Assembly: GCA_964536865.1 (NCBI GenBank)
Contig: CAZHYN010000006.1
Location: 6,674 to 70,673 of the forward strand
Direction: 5' to 3'
DNA: 64,000 nucleotides
Source: an uncultured Planctomycetia bacterium
GTDB lineage: Bacteria; Omnitrophota; Gorgyraeia; Duberdicusellales; 4484-171
A program made the position numbers and the translations under genes. Of this stretch, positions 1 through 10,324 are shown one piece after another; position 1 is the stretch's first letter, and every line of letters begins with the position of its first letter. The notes beneath the pieces were generated by a model. The model made no database searches and was not told where the DNA came from. It was given only the letters and a program-made list of their open reading frames with translations.

Positions 1-723
1 GAAAAGAGAGGTGAGTGTTTATGGTGTAGTTACAAAGAGAGTTTAACTTCTCTCTGTAAAGTTTGTAATTCGGGATATATAACTACCTCAGGAGTAGGGA
101 TAGAGAGGTTAGCTTACCACCTTAGGCAATCTTTTCCTGAAGTGGATTTATCTTACTCTGAAGAAGTTAATCATTTGGTGAATTTAGCTACCTATTCCAT
201 TCTAGATTCACCTTCTTTGATAGGTAAACATATTGATGTAGCCTTTGTTTTAGGTAGCGACTGCTTTCTCTCTCGTGTAGATTTTGAAACAACTTTAAGA
301 TTGTATATATATTTAAAGAAGTTAGCAGGGTTAGTAAAAGAGAAAGTTTATGTATTATCTGAAAATCTAGAACATTATCTCTGGGAGTTGGTCAATAAAC
401 CTTGGGAGATATTCTATACTAAAGAGGTAGGTCTGCGTAAAGAAGCTCAACTTCCCCCCTATCGACACCTTGCTAAAATAACTATTCGTGGAAAAAATAG
501 AAATAGACTTTTAGAAAAAGCTAATCAGCTGTATAATTTACTAAAGGATAGTTCCTTAGAAGTATTCGGACCAGTGCAAGAGTTTCCTCCTAGATTGAGA
601 GGAAAGTTTTATTATTCGGTAATTGCAAAGTCAAAAAGTAAGTTGATATTAGGAAAGAAAGTGAGAGAGGTCTTAGAAGTGTTCCCTAAGACTAGTTATA
701 AGATAGCGGTATCTTTAAGATGA
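1..723 (+). CDS. priA: Primosomal protein N' (PriA), C-terminal part; the 5' end lies outside the window
   Basis: Frame 1 is open from base 1. It has a Cys-rich CxxC...CxxC zinc-binding segment (CLWCSY...CKVCNSGY), then a PriA-like C-terminal domain. The ORF track only reports it from an internal Met at 142. Confidence 0.55.
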   Translation, partial: EKRGECLWCSYKESLTSLCKVCNSGYITTSGVGIERLAYHLRQSFPEVDLSYSEEVNHLVNLATYSILDSPSLIGKHIDVAFVLGSDCFLSRVDFETTLRLYIYLKKLAGLVKEKVYVLSENLEHYLWELVNKPWEIFYTKEVGLRKEAQLPPYRHLAKITIRGKNRNRLLEKANQLYNLLKDSSLEVFGPVQEFPPRLRGKFYYSVIAKSKSKLILGKKVREVLEVFPKTSYKIAVSLR

Positions 724-1649
724 AAATTGTATACTTTGGGAGCTCTCATTTTTCCTCTCGAGTTCTTGAGGGAATTGTTAGAGAAGGCATAAGGCCTGTT
801 TTAGTAGTCACTGTTCCTGATAAGCCTCAGGGAAGAGGATTAAGAGTGTTACCTAATCCGGTGAAAGAACTCTCTTCGAAGCTGCGTTTAAAAGTTGAGA
901 GTGCTTCCAAATTAGATGATATTGATTTTCTTGGCAGGTTAAGAGCACTATCCTGTGATTTGTTTTTAGTGGTTAGTTATGGTAGAATCTTGCCGCCTTC
1001 ATTACTTTCTATTCCTAATAGATTCCCTTTAGCTTTACATCCTTCTTTACTTCCTCGTTATAGAGGGCCTGCTCCTATCCAATGGGTACTCATTAAAGGA
1101 GAAAAGGAGACAGGAGTCAGTATATTTAAAGTTACTGCAAGAGTAGATAGTGGTCCTATAATTTTACAAAAGAGGGTAGATATAAAGGATGAGGATGACT
1201 ATTTTTCTCTATCTGATAAGTTGATTAGTTTAAGTATTCCTGCAGTATGTGAAGCTATAGAACGGATAAATAGCGCTACCTACGAATTAATACCACAAGA
1301 TGAAGCTGAGGTTAGCTACGCTCCTAAATTGAGAAAGAAGGATGGGAGAGTTAATTGGAACAGTTCTGCAGTAACTATAAACAATTCAATAAGAGGATTA
1401 AAGGATTGGCCAGGAGTGTATACTTTTTATAGGGGGCTAAGGCTCAAAATATTAGAGGCTGAACCAAACCTTAGAGATACTAATTACCCTCCTGGTTCTA
1501 TTGTTGATTTGGATAAAGAAGGAATATATGTAGCTACCTTAGAAGGACTCTTAAAGATAAAGAAATTAAAACCTGAAGGAAAAAAGGAGATGTCTACAAA
1601 TAGCTTTATATGTGGATATAGACCAAAAGTGGGGGAACGATTTGAATGA
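720..1649 (+). CDS. fmt: Methionyl-tRNA formyltransferase
   Basis: The N-terminal formyltransferase fold (MKIVYFGSS..., HPSLLPRYRGPAPIQW) and the C-terminal Fmt domain are present, and the length is typical (309 aa). Confidence 0.85.
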   Translation: MKIVYFGSSHFSSRVLEGIVREGIRPVLVVTVPDKPQGRGLRVLPNPVKELSSKLRLKVESASKLDDIDFLGRLRALSCDLFLVVSYGRILPPSLLSIPNRFPLALHPSLLPRYRGPAPIQWVLIKGEKETGVSIFKVTARVDSGPIILQKRVDIKDEDDYFSLSDKLISLSIPAVCEAIERINSATYELIPQDEAEVSYAPKLRKKDGRVNWNSSAVTINNSIRGLKDWPGVYTFYRGLRLKILEAEPNLRDTNYPPGSIVDLDKEGIYVATLEGLLKIKKLKPEGKKEMSTNSFICGYRPKVGERFE

Positions 1650-1938
1650 GGCTAAAATAGAGAAGTGTTTACACATTTACTTTGAGGGAAGAGTTCAAGG
1701 AGTAGGATTTAGATACACAGCAAGCTACTTAGCCAGAAAGTACCAAATAAAAGGGTGGGTAATGAATCTTCCTGACGGAAGAGTTGAACTTATTGGTCAA
1801 GGTTATTCTCAACAGTTAGATAAATTTTTACAGGAACTTAAGAATGAATTTTCGGGGTATATAACTAAAATGAGTCTTCAAAAAATACCTCCTTCATCTG
1901 AATTTCACAATTTCCAGATACGCTTCTATTCTTACTAG
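1612..1938 (+). CDS. acyP: Acylphosphatase
   Basis: Carries the GRVQGVGFRY acylphosphatase signature at about 100 aa. The start may be the internal TTG near 1642, because the annotated ATG overlaps the fmt 3' end. Confidence 0.7.
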   Translation: MDIDQKWGNDLNEAKIEKCLHIYFEGRVQGVGFRYTASYLARKYQIKGWVMNLPDGRVELIGQGYSQQLDKFLQELKNEFSGYITKMSLQKIPPSSEFHNFQIRFYSY

Positions 1939-1943
1939 AGTTT

Positions 1944-2672
1944 ATGAAGTACTTAATATTTTCTGATATACATAGTAATTTAGAAGCTTTAGAGACTGCT
2001 TTTTCTTTTTTTGAGAAAAGCTCTATAGATAAGTTTATCTTCCTAGGAGATGTTGTAGGGTATGGAGCTAATCCTAATGAAGTTATTAAGCTTCTCAGGC
2101 GTTTATCTCCCCTGAATTGCTTGGCAGGTAATCATGATTGGGCAGTAATTGAGAAATTTCCTCTAACTTATTTTAACCCTTTAGCTTATGAAGCCATAAC
2201 TTGGACAAAGAGAATTTTAACTAAAGAAAATTTTGGTTTTCTTCATACTTTTCCTCTAATTTATCAAGAGAAAGATTTTGTATGTGTGCACGGAAGTTTA
2301 TTTGAGCCGGATAATTTTCATTATATAATGGATGCAAGAAGCGCTTATTTAAATTTTTCTCTTCAGAATAAAAAGATCTGTTTTATTGGCCATACTCATT
2401 GCAGGGAGATTTATATCTTAAAAGAAGATAAAATATATTTTTCTAGAGGTGACTATGTGGAATTAGAGGATGATGCTAAATACATATTCAATGTAGGAAG
2501 TATAGGCCAACCTCGAGACGGAGACAATCGATTATGTTTTTGTATTTACGATGATAAAGAGAAAGTTGTTAAATTTGTGAGATTAGATTACTGTGTAGAA
2601 AAGGCTGCAAAGAAAATTTTAAAAGTTGGCCTTCCTAGTTTCCTCGCTTCCCGATTGTATAGAGGTATGTAG
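1944..2672 (+). CDS. Metallophosphoesterase (YfcE/MJ0936-like calcineurin-type phosphodiesterase)
   Basis: Contains the DxH...GD...GNHD...GHTH metallophosphatase motifs. Confidence 0.7.
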   Translation: MKYLIFSDIHSNLEALETAFSFFEKSSIDKFIFLGDVVGYGANPNEVIKLLRRLSPLNCLAGNHDWAVIEKFPLTYFNPLAYEAITWTKRILTKENFGFLHTFPLIYQEKDFVCVHGSLFEPDNFHYIMDARSAYLNFSLQNKKICFIGHTHCREIYILKEDKIYFSRGDYVELEDDAKYIFNVGSIGQPRDGDNRLCFCIYDDKEKVVKFVRLDYCVEKAAKKILKVGLPSFLASRLYRGM

Positions 2673-2685
2673 AAAGGAGGAGGCT

Positions 2686-4698
2686 ATGGGAAGTTTAGAG
2701 AAGATAAAAAAAGAGATAGAGAAATTAAGAGAGGAAATTCGCTATCACGATTGGCGTTACTATGTTTTGGCAGATCCAGAGGTCTCTGATAAAGCTTACG
2801 ATGATTTAGTAAGGAGACTTAAAGAGTTAGAGGAAAAATATCCTCAGTTTATTACACCTGATTCTCCTACCCAGAGAGTTTCGGGAGCAGTATTAGAAGG
2901 TTTTCCTACGGTAAAGCACAGAGTGAAAATGTTATCTTTAGATAATACTTACTCCATAGAAGAGCTAAAAGAATGGGAGGAAAAGATAGAGAGAATTCTA
3001 AAGAGAAAAGTTAAATTAGATTACACTGTAGAGCTGAAGATCGATGGAGTAAGTTGTGCTTTAGTTTATAAGGATGGAAATCTTACTCTTGCAGCTACTC
3101 GAGGTGATGGAGAAGTGGGAGAAGACATCACCCCTAACGTACGCACAATAAAGTCTGTGCCTTTGAGGTTAATAGGTAAAGATTTTCCCAAGGTTATAGA
3201 AGTGAGGGGAGAAATATACATGAATAAAGTTGATTTTAAGAAGATAAATGAAGAAAGGTTAAAAAGAGGAGAGCCCCCCTTTGCTAACCCCCGGAATGCC
3301 ACCAGCGGCTCTTTAAAACTTTTGGATCCTAAGGAAGTTGGGAAGCGAAATCTTAAATGTTTCATTCACTCCTTTGGCTGGTCCCAGAATTACGCTTTCA
3401 ACAGTCAATATGAATTTTTAGAAAAAGTGAAAGAATGGGGATTGCGCACCAATCCTTATAATAAGTACTGTAGAAATCTGGATGAGGTTATAGCTTACTG
3501 TAACCAATGGCAGGAGAAGAGAGATAGTTTAGATTACGAAGTAGATGGAGTGGTAGTGAAAGTCAACTCATTTTCTCTCCAGAGGGGATTGGGGCAAACA
3601 CTTAAATCTCCTCGTTGGGCAGTAGCTTATAAATTTCCTGCTCATCAAGCTACTACTACTGTGAAAGATATTATTTTTAGTGTAGGTAGAACAGGGATTA
3701 TAACTCCTGTAGCAATACTTAATCCTGTGGAGTGTGGAGGTGTGACTATTTCCCGTTCTACTCTTCATAACTTTGATGAGATAAAAAGACTGGATGTAAG
3801 AGTGAAGGATACCGTATTAGTAGAAAGAGCAGGAGAGGTTATTCCCAAGATTGTTAAGGTGATTACTTCTAAAAGAAAAGGGAAAGAGAGAAAAGTTAAA
3901 GTTCCCCAGAGATGTCCTGTATGTGGAGGGGTAATTTCTAAAGAAAAAGAAGAGGAAGTTTATTTATACTGTATTAATCCTGATTGTCCAGCAAAACTTA
4001 AACAATCGCTCCTTCATTTTGCTTCACGAGGAGCCATGGATATAGAGGGGATGGGTGATAGTGTAGTGGAGGAGTTAGTTGAAAGAGGAATGGTGAAAAG
4101 TCTGGTAGATATATATAAACTCAAAAAAGAAGATTTCCTTGAGCTTCCTCTATTTGCGGAAAAGAAGGCATTCAATCTCTATCAAGCTATACAGAGGAGC
4201 AAGAACCATCCTTTAGCCAGATTCTTATATGGTTTAGGAATAAGACATGTGGGAGAGAAGGCAGCTATGGTTTTGGCTCAAAAATTTAGAGAGATTGATA
4301 AGTTTTTTACTTTAGGTAAGGCGGATTTAGAAAGCATTCCCGAGGTAGGTCCGGTTATGGCAGAGAGTGTGATTAAGTTCTTCTCTCAGTCCAAAGTGAA
4401 GAAGATGATTAAGGAGTTTAAAGAATTAGGTTTGAACTTAAAGGAGGAAGCAAAAGTTAAGAAAGATATTTTAAAAGGGAAAACAATTGTTTTTACTGGG
4501 GAGTTAAAGAGTTTTACTAGAACAGAAGCTCAGAGATTAGTAGAGGAGTTAGGAGGCAAGTGGTCTTCTTCAGTGAGTAGAAATACAGACTACTTAGTAG
4601 TTGGTGAAAATCCTGGTTCTAAGTATGAGAAAGGAAAGAAATTAGGAATCAGGATGATTAACGAGGAGGAGTTTAAGCGACTTATAAAGGAAAAATAA
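2686..4698 (+). CDS. ligA: NAD-dependent DNA ligase
   Basis: Has the adenylation KxDG motif (ELKIDGVS), OB fold, zinc finger (CPVCGG...C..C), HhH repeats and a C-terminal BRCT domain. The start at ATG 2686 follows an AGGAGG RBS; the ORF-track start at 2626 overlaps the previous gene. Confidence 0.9.
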   Translation: MGSLEKIKKEIEKLREEIRYHDWRYYVLADPEVSDKAYDDLVRRLKELEEKYPQFITPDSPTQRVSGAVLEGFPTVKHRVKMLSLDNTYSIEELKEWEEKIERILKRKVKLDYTVELKIDGVSCALVYKDGNLTLAATRGDGEVGEDITPNVRTIKSVPLRLIGKDFPKVIEVRGEIYMNKVDFKKINEERLKRGEPPFANPRNATSGSLKLLDPKEVGKRNLKCFIHSFGWSQNYAFNSQYEFLEKVKEWGLRTNPYNKYCRNLDEVIAYCNQWQEKRDSLDYEVDGVVVKVNSFSLQRGLGQTLKSPRWAVAYKFPAHQATTTVKDIIFSVGRTGIITPVAILNPVECGGVTISRSTLHNFDEIKRLDVRVKDTVLVERAGEVIPKIVKVITSKRKGKERKVKVPQRCPVCGGVISKEKEEEVYLYCINPDCPAKLKQSLLHFASRGAMDIEGMGDSVVEELVERGMVKSLVDIYKLKKEDFLELPLFAEKKAFNLYQAIQRSKNHPLARFLYGLGIRHVGEKAAMVLAQKFREIDKFFTLGKADLESIPEVGPVMAESVIKFFSQSKVKKMIKEFKELGLNLKEEAKVKKDILKGKTIVFTGELKSFTRTEAQRLVEELGGKWSSSVSRNTDYLVVGENPGSKYEKGKKLGIRMINEEEFKRLIKEK

Positions 4699-4736
4699 AT
4701 GTTGATTTTAACTTCCTTGATTATAAAATAACTTCT

Positions 4737-5285
4737 ATGAAGAGTAGAGTAGTAACTTTACCCCCAACCACAGAAAGCCATCCTTCTCTTTCAAGGAAAG
4801 GGCGGGGTAAGCCCGTGGTTTGGGGTTTACTGATTGTAAGTTTGCTTTTTGGACAGGGCTGTTATACTCTGAGAAAAAAATTTATACGTAAGAAAAAACA
4901 GCAAGAGGAACCCACCGTTTATATAGATTTTAAGGATTATCCTCAAAAACCTACCAAAGAAGTATACCAAGACTACTATCTTTTTGTGGAAGGATGGTTA
5001 GATGAACTTATTCAGTCTTTAGAGGAGGGAGGTAATCGTAAGAAACAGAAACAGGCAATTAAAGAAGCGATTGTCAATTTTAAACAGATGCTCTATTTTC
5101 TCAATGAGGAGGGAAGGAAGCAAGTAGGTTATCTTTACCAAGAGCTTCTAAAGGCAGAAAAACAGTTAACTTCTCCTTACTTTAATGAGACAAAAGCATC
5201 TCAAATAGCAAGGAAAGTAGAATATATAAAAAGGGAATTTTCTCGAAAATTACGATGGAGTCAAGCTTCTCTATGGATGGATTAA
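4737..5285 (+). CDS. Hypothetical Lys-rich protein with an N-terminal hydrophobic anchor
   Basis: Only ORF evidence. The hydrophobic segment (VVWGLLIVSLLFGQGC) may be a signal or lipobox. No recognisable domain. Confidence 0.4.
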   Translation: MKSRVVTLPPTTESHPSLSRKGRGKPVVWGLLIVSLLFGQGCYTLRKKFIRKKKQQEEPTVYIDFKDYPQKPTKEVYQDYYLFVEGWLDELIQSLEEGGNRKKQKQAIKEAIVNFKQMLYFLNEEGRKQVGYLYQELLKAEKQLTSPYFNETKASQIARKVEYIKREFSRKLRWSQASLWMD

Positions 5286-5905
5286 GAATAAAGAGTTTTA
5301 CTTTGGGAGATTTCTCTACTAACGCTTACTTAGTAATAAATCCTCAGACTAAAAATTGCATCCTTATAGATGCTCCCCAAGGAATAGAGAAAGTCAATAG
5401 TTTTTTAAAAAAGAATGGCTATAATCTTCTCTTTGTGATTCTTACTCACGGTCACATTGACCATATAATGGGTTTAGCCAAATTAAAGTTCCCCTTCTAC
5501 ATTCATCACGAAGATAGAGAATTTTTGACCAATCCTGAGTTGAATCTTTCTTCTTTTCTTTCGTCTCCTTTCAGTTTGAAAAAAATACCTCATCTCATAA
5601 AGGACAACGATAAACTACTTTTAGATACTTATCAATTTCATCTTCTTCACACACCTGGGCATACTCCTGGGTCTATCTGTGTTTTTGTAGATAATTTTCT
5701 TTTTAGTGGAGATACACTTTTTTTTGGTTCTATAGGGAGAGTTGATCTTCCTTATGCATCTTATGATTTAATATTAACTTCAATTAAAAATAGAATTCTC
5801 CCTTTAGGATATAAAGTTAAAGTATTTCCTGGCCATGGGCCCTCTACGGATGTAGAGAGGGAGGCTAAAAATAATCCCTTTTTGAAGGAATGCAGATATA
5901 CTTAG
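5255..5905 (+). CDS. MBL-fold metallo-hydrolase
   Basis: Carries the THGHIDH metallo-beta-lactamase motif and a downstream His/Asp pattern. Confidence 0.7.
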   Translation: MESSFSMDGLRIKSFTLGDFSTNAYLVINPQTKNCILIDAPQGIEKVNSFLKKNGYNLLFVILTHGHIDHIMGLAKLKFPFYIHHEDREFLTNPELNLSSFLSSPFSLKKIPHLIKDNDKLLLDTYQFHLLHTPGHTPGSICVFVDNFLFSGDTLFFGSIGRVDLPYASYDLILTSIKNRILPLGYKVKVFPGHGPSTDVEREAKNNPFLKECRYT

Positions 5906-6777
5906 AAGCTTTTCTTGATTATCTGAGAGTAGAGAAAGGACTTTCTCCTAATTCTATTCTCTCTTATCAGAGAGATTTAGCTAAGTATCTTAATTTTTTA
6001 AAAGCGCAAAAGATTGAAGATATTAAAAAAGTAACCAAAGAAGACATCCTTGATTTTTTATTTTCTCTTAGAGGAAAAGCTTGTTCTTCTACAGTTGCTA
6101 GGAATTTATCTTCCATAAAAAATTTTCATCGTTTCCTTCTTCGTGAGAAGATCATAAACAACGATCCCTCACATTTAATTGAAACTCCAAAGCTCGAAAA
6201 GAAAATTCCTCAAGTATTAAGTTTTGATGAGGTAGAAAGAATTATAAAGACTCCTAATCTTAAGAAAGTTCAAGGGGTAAGAGACAGAGCTATTTTAGAG
6301 CTTATGTATGCTAGTGGATTAAGAGTTTCGGAAGTAGCTTCACTGAAAGTGAACGATGTAAATAGGGAAGTGGGATTTTTGAGATGTCGAGGAAAGTCAT
6401 CTAAAGAGAGAATCGTTCCTCTAGGGAGTAAGGCTTTAAAGTTTTTAGAGAAGTATCTTAAAGAAGCACGTCCCAAGTTAGCTAAAGGAGGAGGTTCATC
6501 CTACCTTTTTTTAGCTCAAGGAGGCAGACCATTAACTCGCCAGACCATATGGAAGATGATTAAGGAGCTGGTGAAAAAGGCTGGGATTAAGAAGGGAGTA
6601 AGTCCTCATACTTTGAGACATTCCTTTGCTACTCATCTTATAGAAAGAGGAGCAGACCTAAGGAGCGTACAAGAAATGTTAGGGCACGCTTCTATTACTA
6701 CCACTCAAATATATACCCATATAAATAAGTTGAGATTGAAGGAGATTCACTTTCGTTTCCATCCTCGAGCAAAGTAG
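5890..6777 (+). CDS. Site-specific tyrosine recombinase, XerC/XerD family
   Basis: The C-terminal catalytic region (RHSFATHLIERGADLRSVQEMLGHASITTTQIYTH) includes the catalytic Tyr. Confidence 0.8.
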   Translation: MQIYLEAFLDYLRVEKGLSPNSILSYQRDLAKYLNFLKAQKIEDIKKVTKEDILDFLFSLRGKACSSTVARNLSSIKNFHRFLLREKIINNDPSHLIETPKLEKKIPQVLSFDEVERIIKTPNLKKVQGVRDRAILELMYASGLRVSEVASLKVNDVNREVGFLRCRGKSSKERIVPLGSKALKFLEKYLKEARPKLAKGGGSSYLFLAQGGRPLTRQTIWKMIKELVKKAGIKKGVSPHTLRHSFATHLIERGADLRSVQEMLGHASITTTQIYTHINKLRLKEIHFRFHPRAK

Positions 6778-6789
6778 AAAGGATTTTTT

Positions 6790-8052
6790 ATGGGAATTAC
6801 ATTATTGAAGAAGTTGCCTCTTTCCGTAAGGAAGTACTTACGTATGTTTTCTTCTTTGGCAGAGGCTTTAAATTATAAGATTTTCTTAGTAGGAGGTATA
6901 GTTAGAGATTTATTTTTGGCGAGAGAAAATCTTGATTTAGATATTGTAGTAGAAGGAGACGCTATAGAGTTTGTTAAGGCCTTATCTAAAAAGTTAAACG
7001 CAGAGTTTGTAAAGCATCACTCCTTCGGTACAGCCACTCTTTATCTTAATAATTTAAAGATAGATTTTGCAACCGCACGGAAAGAGTTTTATCCCTGCTG
7101 GGGAGCTCTTCCAAAAGTGGTAGCTTCTACTATAAGAGAGGACCTTTTTCGAAGAGACTTCACTATAAATGCTATGGCTATGAGTCTTAATAGAGAAAGT
7201 TGGGGTGATATTTTGGATTTCTATGGAGGGGTTAACGATCTTGATAAGGGTTTAATAAGAGTTCTTCATCCTGAAAGTTTCTTACAAGACCCTACCAGAA
7301 TTTTCCGTGCTATAAGATTTGAGCAGAGGTTTTCTTTTCGTATGGAGCCCTATACTCTTTCCCTTCTTAAGGAAGCTATCAGATTAGGTGCTCTGAGATG
7401 GATAGATGAACATCGTATAAGAGATGAACTGATTCTTATTTTAAAAGAACCTACCCCTTATCGCTACATAAGAAGAATTAATCAGTTGGTGGGGTTTTCT
7501 TTTATAAATGAAAAGTTGACTCTGAAGAAGAGTGATTTTTTGTTTCTCATGCGGATCCAAAAGTCCTTACATACCTATAAGAAAAAATTTAAAAAGTATA
7601 GAGAGCTCCAGGAGTGGATTATTTATCTTGCAGGAATTGTGTATAAGCTAAAGGAGGATGCGCTCTTTCAGTTTTTCTTACATTTTGGGTTAAGGAAAGG
7701 AGAAAGAAAGATTATTTTATCTATCAAAGACAATTTTTATAAAGTTCGTGGTTTAAAGAGAGTGAAATCTAAAGTAGGCATTTTTGAAATTTTAAACCCA
7801 TTAAGTTTTGAGGCAGTAGTATTTTTTTATGCCTATTTTAGAGATAAGATTATAAGGAAGAAGATATTCATCTTTTTAGAAAAGCTCGCTTATATTCGTT
7901 TAAAGCTAAAAGGAGAAGATTTAAAAAGAGCAGGATACAGAGATAAGACCAATTATGCAAAAATTTTCAAGAGGCTCCTTCATAAGAAAATTGAGAAAAA
8001 TATTTATACTAAGAGCCAAGAACTTAAGGAGTTAAAAAGATTATTAACATAA
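6790..8052 (+). CDS. cca: CCA-adding enzyme / poly(A) polymerase family nucleotidyltransferase
   Basis: Head domain GGIVRDLFL...DLDIVVEG, typical of the Pol-beta-type tRNA nucleotidyltransferase. Confidence 0.7.
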   Translation: MGITLLKKLPLSVRKYLRMFSSLAEALNYKIFLVGGIVRDLFLARENLDLDIVVEGDAIEFVKALSKKLNAEFVKHHSFGTATLYLNNLKIDFATARKEFYPCWGALPKVVASTIREDLFRRDFTINAMAMSLNRESWGDILDFYGGVNDLDKGLIRVLHPESFLQDPTRIFRAIRFEQRFSFRMEPYTLSLLKEAIRLGALRWIDEHRIRDELILILKEPTPYRYIRRINQLVGFSFINEKLTLKKSDFLFLMRIQKSLHTYKKKFKKYRELQEWIIYLAGIVYKLKEDALFQFFLHFGLRKGERKIILSIKDNFYKVRGLKRVKSKVGIFEILNPLSFEAVVFFYAYFRDKIIRKKIFIFLEKLAYIRLKLKGEDLKRAGYRDKTNYAKIFKRLLHKKIEKNIYTKSQELKELKRLLT

Positions 8053-8092
8053 TATTGATAACTATAAGAATCTAAGGTATAATTCCTTTTCT

Positions 8093-8371
8093 ATGTTTAT
8101 TGGGTATCTAAAGTTAGATATTTACATTCCTTATTGTCGTTCTCTGAAGGAGAAGCGGCAGATTATTGCTAGAATTAAAGAGCGATTGAGAAACAAGTTT
8201 AATGTTTCGGTAGCAGAAAAACCATCGGATAAGTGGCAGAGAAGCGAATTATCTTTTGTGTGTGTTAACTATACCAAAAGCTGCCTAGATGAGATTATGC
8301 TTAAAGTGGAGGAGTATATTCGTTTTCATAACGACTTGCATATTTTAGATACCCAGAAGGAGATTTTGTAG
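8093..8371 (+). CDS. DUF503 family protein (YlxP-like)
   Basis: Small conserved protein that classically sits just upstream of rbfA. Confidence 0.55.
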   Translation: MFIGYLKLDIYIPYCRSLKEKRQIIARIKERLRNKFNVSVAEKPSDKWQRSELSFVCVNYTKSCLDEIMLKVEEYIRFHNDLHILDTQKEIL

Positions 8372-8372
8372 G

Positions 8373-8723
8373 ATGTCTCTGCGTTTGGAGAAAGTTAATA
8401 AGGAGATTAAGAAGAGATTAATGGAGATAATTCAAAAGGAAGTCGACGACCCTAGCTTGGGTTTGGTAAGCATTACTCGAGTAGAAACTACTCCTGATTT
8501 ACATCAGGCACGAGTTTATTTTAGTATACTAAATGATAAAGATTTCCCTCGCATAGAGAAAACATTGAATACTATGAGAGGGTTTTTAAGGAGACTGTTA
8601 GGGAAAAAATTAAGGATAAAGATATTACCATCAATAAAATTTTTTCCTGATAGGAGCATAAAATATAGTGTAGATATTTATAAGAAGATAGAGGAGGTTA
8701 TGAGTGATAAAAAAGATCATTGA
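8373..8723 (+). CDS. rbfA: Ribosome-binding factor A
   Basis: Size and conserved core (ITRVETTPDLHQARVYFS) match RbfA. Confidence 0.8.
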   Translation: MSLRLEKVNKEIKKRLMEIIQKEVDDPSLGLVSITRVETTPDLHQARVYFSILNDKDFPRIEKTLNTMRGFLRRLLGKKLRIKILPSIKFFPDRSIKYSVDIYKKIEEVMSDKKDH

Positions 8724-9660
8724 GCTTTTGAGGGAGAATAAAAGATTTTTAATTACTGCCCATATGAATCTGGAGGGAGATGCCTTAGGTTCAGAGTTAG
8801 CTACCTATCTTCTTCTTAGAAAGATGAATAAGCAGGCTATTATCTACAACCACGATTCCACCCCCCAGGCTTATAGTTTTCTTCCTCATGTTAAAGTTAT
8901 AAAAAATGAACTGGATTCTTCCTATGCGTTTGATGTAGCTTTGGTTTTAGATTGTTCTGATTCTTTTCGTACAGGGAAAGTAAAAGATTATTTAAGTAGG
9001 GCAAAGATTATTGTTAATATCGATCATCATATAAGTAATACTTTTTTTGGAGACATAAATTGGGTGGACCCCAAGGCAAGCTCTGCCTCGGAGATGATTT
9101 ACCGATTATGTAGGGAGTTAAAAGTGATGAATAGAAAAATAGCCCTGTGCATCTATACGGGGATATTTACAGATACAGGTAGTTTCACCTATAGTAATGT
9201 TTCTTCACGGGTTCATAGGATCACTGCTGAATTATTTAGATACAAGATCTTACCCGATAAAATTTACGATTCCTTACATAGTTTTTGTCAGCTTAACGAT
9301 ATAAAGTTTATTGGCAAAATATTGTCTTCTATTAAAGCAGATCCTAGTGGAAAGATAATTTGGTCATTAATAAGGTACTGGCCAAAGAAGGATTACGATC
9401 TTACAGAAGTGATTTTCTCAATAATGCGGTTCTTAAGAGATGCCGAGGTTTTTTTATTGTTTAAAAAGTTAGGGAAAAATAAGGTTCGTGTAAACTTTCG
9501 CTCACGTTCTAAAGTAGATGTGAATAAAGTTGCTAAGTTTTTTGGAGGAGGAGGGCATAAACGAGCTAGTGGCACCACTATGTCTGGAAATCTCTCCTCG
9601 GTAGAAAAGAAGGTTATAACTTTCATTAGAAGATATACCAATGATAAGAAAAGGAAATAG
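8704..9660 (+). CDS. nrnA: DHH/DHHA1 phosphoesterase (NrnA-like oligoribonuclease/pAp phosphatase)
   Basis: DHH motif (NIDHH) and DHHA1 motif (GGGGHKRASG). Confidence 0.75.
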   Translation: MIKKIIELLRENKRFLITAHMNLEGDALGSELATYLLLRKMNKQAIIYNHDSTPQAYSFLPHVKVIKNELDSSYAFDVALVLDCSDSFRTGKVKDYLSRAKIIVNIDHHISNTFFGDINWVDPKASSASEMIYRLCRELKVMNRKIALCIYTGIFTDTGSFTYSNVSSRVHRITAELFRYKILPDKIYDSLHSFCQLNDIKFIGKILSSIKADPSGKIIWSLIRYWPKKDYDLTEVIFSIMRFLRDAEVFLLFKKLGKNKVRVNFRSRSKVDVNKVAKFFGGGGHKRASGTTMSGNLSSVEKKVITFIRRYTNDKKRK

Positions 9661-10324
9661 GGATGGTTTGATCTTAGTGAATAAGCCTCCTGGATTAACT
9701 AGTCACGATGTAGTTAACTATGTGCGTAAAAAACTTAACATTAGGAGGGTAGGACATGCTGGTACCTTAGATCCTCAGGCAGAGGGTTTGCTTGTTATTC
9801 TTGTAGGAAGATATACAAAATTTTTCTCCAGGTTTGTAGATTTTGATAAAGAGTATGAGGGGATTATGAAATTAGGAGAGACAACTACTACTGGGGATGC
9901 TCAAGGTGAGGTTGTAAAGAGAAGAAGTATAGAGAATTTAAATGAATCAGAAGTTAGAGATGTCTTTTCCTCTTTTGTAGGAGAGATTGAACAAATTCCT
10001 CCTATGGTTAGTGCTATAAGGGTAGAAGGGAAAAGATTATATAAACTAGCCCGCAGAGGTATAGTGGTAAAGAGACTCCCTCGAAAGGTAAAGATTTATG
10101 ATTTAAGGATTTTAAAAATTAAGTTTCCCTTTGTGGAGTTCTATGTAAGGTGTTCTAAAGGAACTTACATAAGGAAGTTAGCTGAGGATATAGGAGAAAG
10201 GTTAGGATGTGGGGCGCACATAACTTCTATTGTGAGAACATCAGTAGGTCCCTTTAGTTTGAAAGAAGCGGTAAATTTAGAAGATATCAATGTTGCCCAT
10301 TTAGGGGAGTATACCTTTGAATGA
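9641..10324 (+). CDS. truB: tRNA pseudouridine(55) synthase
   Basis: GHAGTLDP catalytic Asp motif. Confidence 0.85.
   Translation: MIRKGNRDGLILVNKPPGLTSHDVVNYVRKKLNIRRVGHAGTLDPQAEGLLVILVGRYTKFFSRFVDFDKEYEGIMKLGETTTTGDAQGEVVKRRSIENLNESEVRDVFSSFVGEIEQIPPMVSAIRVEGKRLYKLARRGIVVKRLPRKVKIYDLRILKIKFPFVEFYVRCSKGTYIRKLAEDIGERLGCGAHITSIVRTSVGPFSLKEAVNLEDINVAHLGEYTFE

Noticed and set aside
3066-3768. Antisense ORFs inside ligA (3066-3365, 3568-3768), and similar antisense or internal ORFs inside other well-supported genes. These include xerC/D-family (6270-6476), nrnA (9393-9641), ftsI (13748-14615), murF (16190-16483), murD (18842-19030), murG (21921-22112), ftsA (26725-26922), rfaE (28071-28256), kdsD (29782-30288), kdsC (30876-31256), GGDEF (31909-32151), the secreted fusion (36211-37692), rSAMs (38286-38474, 39858-40076, 42149-42358), hemW (43468-43734), rnfC (45369-46580), purN (50582-50815), eno (51394-52193), ROK (56728-56964), the coiled-coil protein (58131-58373) and apgM (62757-62951)
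   Set aside because: All lie antisense to or nested in long ORFs with strong family signatures. They are short and lack start contexts. I treat them as non-coding.
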